Source: Anaeramoeba ignava BMAN (lineage: Eukaryota; Protista; Anaeramoebae). From it: a stretch of 64,000 nt of DNA. The position numbers and the translations under genes were made by a program. Below, in pieces: positions 51,834 through 60,344 of this stretch. The DNA lies in NCBI GenBank assembly GCA_028826165.1, contig JAPDFW010000060.1:124001-188000 (forward strand), in the 5' to 3' direction. How positions within the stretch are numbered: position 1 is the stretch's first letter; every line of letters starts with the position of its first letter. Under the pieces are notes generated by a model that was not told the origin of the DNA, did not search any database, and saw only the letters and a program-made list of their open reading frames with translations.

Positions 51834-53990
51834 ATGAATTTTTGGAAAGCAATTAAAAAAAATGATTTTCAAACTTTAAAATTATTGATTGAAAAAGGAA
51901 TTGATATTAATTCAAAAAAAACTTATAATAAAACAGCTTTACATTATGCTTGTCAATATAATTCAATTGAAATTATCAAATATTTAATTGAAAAAGGTAT
52001 TGAAATCAATGCAAAAACTTATCACAATGAAACAGCTTTGCATTATGCTTTTAAATATAATTCATCACTAGAAATAATTGAGTATTTGATTTCAAAAGGA
52101 CTTGATCCAAATGCAAAAAATTATCACAATGAAACAGCTTTGCATTTTGCTTGTAAATATAATTCATCACTAGAAATAATTGAGTATTTGATTTCAAAAG
52201 GACTTGATCCAAATGCAAAAACATTCATAAATGAAACAAATATCCATTTAGTTTGTGAAAATGAAAATACAAAATCATCAATTGAAATTATCAAATATTT
52301 GATTTCAAAAGGAATTGATATCAACGCAAAAACAAATCAAAATAAAACAGCTTTACATTATATTTTCCAAAAAAATCCATCATTTGAAATTATTCAGTGT
52401 TTAATTGAAAATGGAATTGAAATCAATGCAAAAACTCATGAAAATGAAACAGCTTTACATTTTGTTTGTAAATATAATTCCTTCGAAATGATCAGATATT
52501 TAATCGAAAAAGGAGCAGATATCAATGCAAAAACAAATAGAAACCAAACAGCTTTACATTTTTGCTGTCAATACGAACTAAAATCAGAAATAATTGAGTA
52601 TTTGATTTCAAAAGGAGCTGATCCAAATGCAAAAACAGATGAGGATGAAACACCTCTTCATATTTGTTGCCAAAATGAATCACTTAGAACTATTCAAATA
52701 CTAATTGAAAAGGGAGCTGATCCAAATTCAACAGCAAAATACAAAGAAACTCCTATTCATATTGCTTGTCAAAAAAATTATTTTGAGATTATCAAATATT
52801 TGATTGAAAAGGGAGCAAATGTCAAAGCAAAAGCAAATGGAAACCAAACAACTTTGCATTATGCTTGCCAAAATAAAAACGCATCAACTCAAGTTATCAA
52901 ATATTTACTCCAGAAAGGAATTGATATCAACTCAAAAACTTATGGAAGTAAAACTGCTCTTCATGTTGCATGTCAAAGTTCATCAAATAAAATTATTAAG
53001 TTGTTAATAGAAAATGGAGCTGATATTAATTGCCAGGATTTCGATGGAATTACTCCTCTTTCCTTATCAATCCAAAATTCAAATCTAAAACTAACAAAGT
53101 TGTTATTGATGAATGATGCAAATATTCTGAAACTACGGAAACAAGAAATCACAAATCAAATTATTCTTCTATTTTCTCAAATTTATTCTTTTAATGAGGA
53201 TTTACATAATTTGTTGTACTCAAACGACAATTTCGCAGATTTGCAAATCAAATCAAAAGATTATTCCAAATTTCAAGTTCATAAATTGATTCTTTTGGCA
53301 AGATTTGATAATAATGAAACAAATTTACAAAAATTTATCAATATTTGCAATCAAAAACCAAAAAAAGAAATTGAGATTGCTTTGAATTTTCTTTATACAG
53401 GTTTTCCAAATTTTTCCCAATTCCAAAAGAAAATTGACAAAAAAAATCAAAATCAAAATCAAAATCAAAATCAAAATCCAAAAAAAACAAAAACAAAAAG
53501 AAAATCATTTAATCAGAAAATTTTAAAACAAAAACAAAAAGAAGAATTAATCAAAGAAAATGAAATGGAAATGGAAAATTTTTTCAAAGAAATTGGATTT
53601 GATTCAAAATGGATTGAATTAAAAAAAGGAAGAAAAGGAATAATAAAAGATTTTGATAAATTATATCAAGATGATTCAAAAAAAGATTTTAGAATAATTA
53701 TTGATGAAAAAGAAATCAAGGCTCATAAATTGATTTTGATATTAAGAAGTGATTTATTTAAAGGAATGTTTCAATTAAATGTGAACGATTCATCAAATCA
53801 AGTTCATGATTATTCAAGAAAATCATTTGAAACAATTAATCAATTGATTTATTTTCTTTATCATGATAAATTTAATAATGAAAAAGAAATTTTAAAAAAA
53901 ATCAAAAAAGAAGAATTTGAAGAATTAAAAGATTATTATCAATTAAATCCAAATTCAATAATTGATTTATTTTTAATGAAAGAAAATTGA
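51834..53990 (+). CDS. Ankyrin-repeat (~12-13 repeats) + two BTB/POZ-like domain protein, intronless
   Basis: Repeated TALHYAC...IIKYLIEKG.DINAK units; BTB-like ADLQIKSKDYSKFQVHKLILLARF and KDFRIIIDEKEIKAHKLILILRSDLFKGMF...LIYFLY. Confidence 0.92.
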   Translation: MNFWKAIKKNDFQTLKLLIEKGIDINSKKTYNKTALHYACQYNSIEIIKYLIEKGIEINAKTYHNETALHYAFKYNSSLEIIEYLISKGLDPNAKNYHNETALHFACKYNSSLEIIEYLISKGLDPNAKTFINETNIHLVCENENTKSSIEIIKYLISKGIDINAKTNQNKTALHYIFQKNPSFEIIQCLIENGIEINAKTHENETALHFVCKYNSFEMIRYLIEKGADINAKTNRNQTALHFCCQYELKSEIIEYLISKGADPNAKTDEDETPLHICCQNESLRTIQILIEKGADPNSTAKYKETPIHIACQKNYFEIIKYLIEKGANVKAKANGNQTTLHYACQNKNASTQVIKYLLQKGIDINSKTYGSKTALHVACQSSSNKIIKLLIENGADINCQDFDGITPLSLSIQNSNLKLTKLLLMNDANILKLRKQEITNQIILLFSQIYSFNEDLHNLLYSNDNFADLQIKSKDYSKFQVHKLILLARFDNNETNLQKFINICNQKPKKEIEIALNFLYTGFPNFSQFQKKIDKKNQNQNQNQNQNPKKTKTKRKSFNQKILKQKQKEELIKENEMEMENFFKEIGFDSKWIELKKGRKGIIKDFDKLYQDDSKKDFRIIIDEKEIKAHKLILILRSDLFKGMFQLNVNDSSNQVHDYSRKSFETINQLIYFLYHDKFNNEKEILKKIKKEEFEELKDYYQLNPNSIIDLFLMKEN

Positions 53991-54113
53991 AAAATTGATA
54001 TTTTTGTTGTTTTTTGAAAAAAATGAAAATATTTTTATTAAAGAGAAAAAAGAAAAAAAAAGAACAAAAAAAATATTTATCATTTTTTTTTTACTGAAAG
54101 AAAATTAAAATAA

Positions 54114-56081
54114 TCAAAAAATTTGGCAGCAATCTTTCTTTTTTCCTTTTTGTTTCTGATTTTTATTATTAAGAGAATTATTTTCTGTTTCATTTTTTTC
54201 ATTATCAAAAACAACGATTGGTTTATCTAATTGATCATTATTTTGTGATTGAGATTTTTTAAAAAGAGATTCAGCAATGAAATGAAATAATTCATTTACA
54301 TTACTTCCATTTTTTGCGCTTGTTTTAAAATGTTGAAGTTCTTGACCTTTTGTATATTTCTATTTTTTTTCCGATTTTAATTTTCAAAACGAATTTTAAT
54401 TTTAATTTTAATTTTAATTTTGATTTTAATTTTAATTTTAATTTTAATTTTAATTTTAATTTTAATTTTAATTTTAATTTTAATTTTAATTTTAATTTTA
54501 ATTTTCATTTTAATTTTCATTTTAATTATTTTAAATATTAATTTTATACCATTAATTCTTCTTCAGGATTTTTAATTTTTGAATCAAGATCTGATTTATT
54601 TCCTGCAACAATAATTAATATATTTTCAGAACAATTTTGTTCAATTTCTCTAAAAAAATATTCTAATTCTTGTATACTGTCTTCACTTGTTAAATCATAA
54701 ACAAGAATAAAAGCTTCTGCATTTCTTTTATTTTTCAAATTAAATTTGAAATTGAAATTGATTTAGAAATTGATTTAGAAATTGATTTAGAAATTGATTT
54801 AGAAATTGATTTAGAAATTGATTTAGAAATTGAAATTGAATTAGAAATTGATTTAGAAATTGAAATTGATTTAGAAATTGATTTAGAAATTGATTTAGAA
54901 ATTGAAATTGATTTAGAAATTGAAATTGAAATTGATTTAGAAATTGATTTTGAAATTGAAATTGATTTAAAAATTGAAATTGATTTAAAAATTGATTTAG
55001 AAATTGAAATTGAAATTGAAATTGAAATTGATTTAGAAATTGAAATTGATTTAGAAATTGAAATTGATTTAAAAATTGATTTAGAAATTGATTTAGAAAT
55101 TGATTTAGAAATTGATTTAGAAATTGATTTAGAAATTGATTTAGAAATTGATTTAGAAATTGAAATTGATTTAGAAATTGATTTAGAAATTGATTTAGAA
55201 ATTGATTTTGAAATAGAAATTGATTTAGAAATTGAAATTGAAATTGAAATTGAAATTGAAATTGATTTAGAAATTGAAATTGATTTAAAAATTGAAATTT
55301 ATTTAGAAATTGATTTAGAAATTGATTTAGAAATTGAAATTGATTTTGAAATTGATTTAGAAATTGATTTAGAAATTGATTTAGAAATTGATTTAGAAAT
55401 TGAAATTGATTTAGAAATTGATTTAGAAATTGATTTAGAAATTGAAATTGATTTAGAAATTGATTTAGAAATTGAAATTGATTTAGAAATTGATTTAAAA
55501 ATTAAAATTGATTTTGAAATTGAAATTGATTTAGAAATTGATTTTGGAATTGATTTAGAAATTGATTTTTAAATGGTAATTGATTTCAACTACCGATAAA
55601 TAGAAGAAGTAAAAGGAACTCTATAAACTTCTTGACCAGCAGTATCCCACTAATTAAATGTAAAATAAATAAAAATTAAGAAACTAAAAAGAAAAAAAAA
55701 GTAATTAATTAATTCATTCAAATTACAAGTTGAAGTCTAATTGTTTTTTCATCAACAAGAACATCTTTTGTTCTCTAAATTAAATTTCATTTAATTTTTT
55801 AATTTAATTTTTTCATTTAATTTAATTTAAATTAAATTGAATTGAATTTTTTAATCCAAATTTACAAAATCAACTCCAATTGTTGAAACATCTTGATTTT
55901 GAAAAGTATTATCCTTTTAAATTATTAAAAAAAATGATTAAAAAAAATTAAAATAGAAATTTAAATTTAAATTTACAACAAATTTTCTAATTAAACTTAC
56001 AACAAATTTTCTAATTAAACTTGTTTTGCCAACTTGTGAAGCTCCAAAAATAACAACTTTAAATAATGAATGGAAAGTCAT
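54114..56081 (-). CDS. Rab1-derived GTPase, copy 21 (CCQIF tail; duplicated exon-1 donor)
   Basis: GASQVGKT|DNTFQNQDVSTIGVDF|...|WDTAGQEVYRVPFTSSIYR|NAEAFILVYD...GNKSD|...TSAK...KDCCQIF*. Confidence 0.9.
54745..55570. repeat. 12-nt GAAATTGATTTA minisatellite filling intron 4 of Rab copy 21
   Basis: Direct reading. Confidence 0.92.
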
Positions 56082-56241
56082 TTAAATAATAATAATAAAA
56101 AGAAAAGGAAAAAAATGAAAAAAAAAAATTGAAAACTTTTCTTTTTATTCTTTTATCTTTATTTTAAAAAAAAAATATTTATTTATAAAAAAAAAACTGA
56201 AAAGTAAAAAAAAATTTTTTTTTTGATTAATCCAAAAAAAT

Positions 56242-58702
56242 TTAAAAAACGGAACAACATTTTTTGAATTTGGATTTGATTTTTTTTTTTGGTTCATTAT
56301 TATGATCTTGTTCAATAAAATCAGGTGGAAGATCTTTAAGAGGATCAAATGGAATAAATTCACTTGGATCAATTTCTCTTATTGGATAAGGTGTGAATGT
56401 TGATTTTGGTGTTGGATTTGTTACCATTTTCAAATAAACTGATGATGCAATGTAATTGAATAGTTCATTTATATTATCTCCATTTTTTGCACTTGTTTTA
56501 AAATGTTTGAAAAAAAATTCTTTGCAGCATGTCTAAATAAAAATAATTAAATCAAAAATATTTAAATCAAAATATTTAAATAAAAATATATTTAAATCAA
56601 TATATTTAAATTCAATATATTTAAATCAATATATTTAATTAAATATTATTTAAATCAAATATATAAATCAATATATTTAAATCCAAATTATTTAAATTAA
56701 TATATTTAAATCAAATATTTAAATTAATATATTTAAATCAATATATTTAAATTAATATATCTAAATCAAATATATTTATAAATCAAATATATTTAAATCA
56801 ATATATTTAAATCAACATATTTAAATCAAAATATTTAAATAAAAATATATTTAAATCAATATATTTAAATCAATATTTAAACTCAAATATTTAAATCAAA
56901 ATATTTAAATCAATATATTTAAATCAATATATTTAAATCAAATATATAAATCAATATATTTAAATCAATATTTAAATTAATATATTTATAAATCAAATAT
57001 AATTAAATCAAATATATTTAAATCAAATATTTAAATTCAAAATATTTAAATCAAATATATTTAAATCAATATTTAAATCAATATATTTAAATCAAAAATA
57101 TTTAAATCAAAAATATTTAAATCAAAATATTTAATCCAAAATAATTAAATCAAAATAATTAAATCAATATATTTAATTAAATATTATTTAAATTAATATA
57201 TTTAAATCAAATTAAATCAAATATTTAAATCAATATATTTAAATCCAAAATATTTAAATCAAATATATTTGGAAATACTTGAAGTTCTTCTTCTGGATTA
57301 TCAATTTTTGAATCAAGATCTGATTTATTTCCAGCAACAACAATAACAACATCTTTAGGACAATTTTCTTGAATTTCTTTAAAATAATATTTTAATTCTT
57401 CAATACTATCTTTGTTTGTTAAGTCATAAACAAGAATAAAAGCTTCTGCTTTTCTAATTTTTATAAGAAATAAATAAAAAATCAATTATTTTTGGAATTT
57501 TTATAAAAATTTTCTAAAAAAATCAACCTATAAATGGAAGAAGTAAATCGTTCTCTAAAAACTTCTTGACCTGAAGTATCCCACTATTTATTTCAATTTT
57601 TCATATGAATTTTTGATTAAATTATTGATTAAATTATTTGAAAATTGATAAAAATTTTTTACAAGTTGAAGTCTAACAGTTTTTGTTTTTATTTGAAGAT
57701 CTTTTGTTCTCTAAAAATTAAATCAAATTAAATCAAAATATTTAAATCAATATATTTAAATTAAATTAAATCAAATATTTAAATCTAAAATATTTAAATC
57801 AAAAATATTTAAATCAAATATATTTAAATCAAATTAAATTAAATTAAATCAAATATTTAAATCTAAAATATTTAAATCAAAAATATTTAAATCCAAAATA
57901 TTTAAATCCAAAATATTTAAATCCAAAATATTTAAATCCAAAATATTTAAATCCAAAATATTTAGATCCAAAATATTTAAATCCATATTTAAATCAACAT
58001 ATTTAAATCAAAATATTTAAATCAATTTGAAAATTAAATATTTTTAAATCAATTTGAATTAATATATTTAAATCCAAAATATTTAAATCCAAAATATTTA
58101 AATCAAAATATTTAAATCCAAAATATTTAAATCAAAAATATTTAAATCCAATATATTTAGATCCAAAATATTTAAATCCATATTTAAATCAACATATTTA
58201 AATCAATATATTTAAATCAATTTGAAAATTAAATATTTTTAAATCAAAATCAAATTGAAAATTAAATTAGAAATGTCAAGTCATGCCAAAATTAAATTGT
58301 GATCTATTTCTAAAATTAAATCAATTTTAAATTTATCAAAGAATCCAAATCAGCTTTAAATGATCAAAAGGAGGTAATTTGGATTAAAAAAAATCAAAAA
58401 GAAATATTTTTTTTATCGAGAGATTAAAAAAATAAAATTTACAAAATCAACACCAATTGTTGGAACACCTTTGTTTTTAAAAATATCATCCTTTTTAAGA
58501 AAATTTAGATCAATTAACCAAAAATTAAAATTAAAATTTAAATTTAAATAGATTTTACAATGATTTTTTTAATTGAAAAATTCTTTTTTTATTTTTATTT
58601 AATTTGTTTAATTAAATTTACAACAAATTTTATAATTAAACTTGTTTTTCCAACTTGTGAAGCTCCAAAAATAACAACTTTTGAAATTAAATCAAATGAC
58701 AT
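56242..58702 (-). CDS. Rab1-derived GTPase, copy 22 (Pro-rich hypervariable tail, CCSVF; introns 2 and 5 filled with AAATATTTAAATC-type repeats)
   Basis: GASQVGKT|DDIFKNKGVPTIGVDF|RTKDLQIKTKTVRLQL|WDTSGQEVFRERFTSSIYR|KAEAFILVYD...GNKSD|...TSAK...KKCCSVF*. Confidence 0.9.
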
Positions 58703-58784
58703 AAAAAAAAGTAAATCAACTAAAGCGTAAAGAAAAATAATCAAAAAAGAAGAAAAGAAAAAAATGAAAAAAAAAATTTCAATT

Positions 58785-60105
58785 AATTTAAATTAAAATT
58801 ATTAAAAATTATTAATAAAATTTAATTAAAATAATTTAAAAATATTATTTTGAATAAATTTATTTAAAAATATTTAATTAAAATTAATAAGAATTAATAA
58901 TAAAATTTAATTAAAATTGTTTAAAAATATTATTTTGGATAAATTTATTTAAAAATATTAAATTAAAATTAATAAGAATTATTAATAAAATTTAATTAAA
59001 ATTATTTAAAAATATTATTTTGAATAAATTTATTTAAAAATATTTAATTAAAATTATTAAGAATTATTAATAAAATTTAATTAAAATTATTTAAAAATAT
59101 TATTTTGGATAAATTTATTTCAATTAATTTAATTAAAATTAATAAGAATTATTAATAAAATTTAATTAAAATTGTTTAAAAATAATATTTTGAATAAATT
59201 TAATTAAAAATATTTAATTAAAATTATTAAAAATTATTAATAAAATTTAATTAAAATTATTTAAAAATATTATTTTGAATAAATTTATTTAAAAATATTT
59301 AATTAAAATTAATAATAATTATTAATAAAATTTAAATAAAATTATTTAAAAATAATATTTTGAATAAATTTATTTAAAAATATTTAATTAAAATTAATAA
59401 GAATTATTAATAAAATTTAATTAAAATTGTTTTAAAAATAATATTTTGAATAAATTTATTTAAAAATATTTAATTAAAATTAATAAGAATTATTAATAAA
59501 ATTTAATTAAAATTGTTTAAAAATAATATTTTGAATAAATTTATTTAAAAATATTTAATTAAAACTAATAATAATTATTAATAAAATTTAATTAAAATTA
59601 TTTAAAAATATTATTTTGAATAAATTTAATTAAAAATATTAAATTAAAATTAATAAGAATTAATAATAAAATTTAATTAAAATTATTTAAAAATATTATT
59701 TTGAATAAATTTATTTAAAAATATTAAATTAAAATTAATAAGAATTAATAATAAAATTTAATTAAAATTATTTAAAAATATTATTTTGAATAAATTTATT
59801 TAAAAATATTTAATTAAAATTAATAAAAATTATTAATAAAATTTAAATAAAATTACTTAAAAATATTATTTTGAATAAATTTAATTAAAAATATTAAATT
59901 AAAATTAATAAAAATTATTAATAAAATTTAATTAAAATAATTTAAAAATATTATTTTGAATAAATTTATTTAAAAATATTTAATTAAAATTAATAAGAAT
60001 TATTAATAAAATTTAATTAAAATTGTTTAAAAATAATATTTTGAATAAATTTATTTAAAAATATTAAATTAAAATTAATAAGAATTATTAATAAAATTTA
60101 ATCAA
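58785..60105. repeat. 85-bp tandem repeat, about 15.5 near-identical units, almost pure A/T
   Basis: TGAATAAATT (or TGGATAAATT) recurs at 58851, 58936, 59021, 59106, 59191, 59276, 59361, 59447 ... 60042. Confidence 0.92.
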
Positions 60106-60344
60106 GAAATTGTTCCAAATCCAAAAAAAAAATATTAAATTTTTTTTGATTTTTTTTTGATTTAATCTTTAAAGTTTTTCAATTTAAAAAAGTATTAATT
60201 CTTTTAATAAAAATAAAAAGGAAATAAAAAATAAAGGAATAATAAAAGAGATCCAAATTAAAAAAATTTTTTTTCCTTTTATATTTTTCCTTATTTTTTT
60301 AATTTTATTTTTTTTCATTTTTTTTTTTGGATTTGGAATTAAAA

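Noticed and set aside
21850-57485. Treating the short Rab-like ORFs as fragmented pseudogenes, or as evidence of stop-codon reassignment
   Set aside because: GT-AG introns at the same five positions join them into full-length Rabs in the standard code. TAA, TGA and TAG all act as true stops after the C-terminal motifs. Only copy 12 is disrupted.
19490-58270. Idea that intronic repeats strictly avoid sense-strand AG dinucleotides
   Set aside because: True for several introns, but copy 1 intron 5 and copy 22 intron 2 contain multiple sense TTAG. Not supportable without statistics.
58360-58380. AAAGGAGGT as a Shine-Dalgarno or SSU rRNA 3' fragment
   Set aside because: The match is too short, there is no flanking rRNA similarity or downstream ORF, and it lies in a eukaryotic intron.
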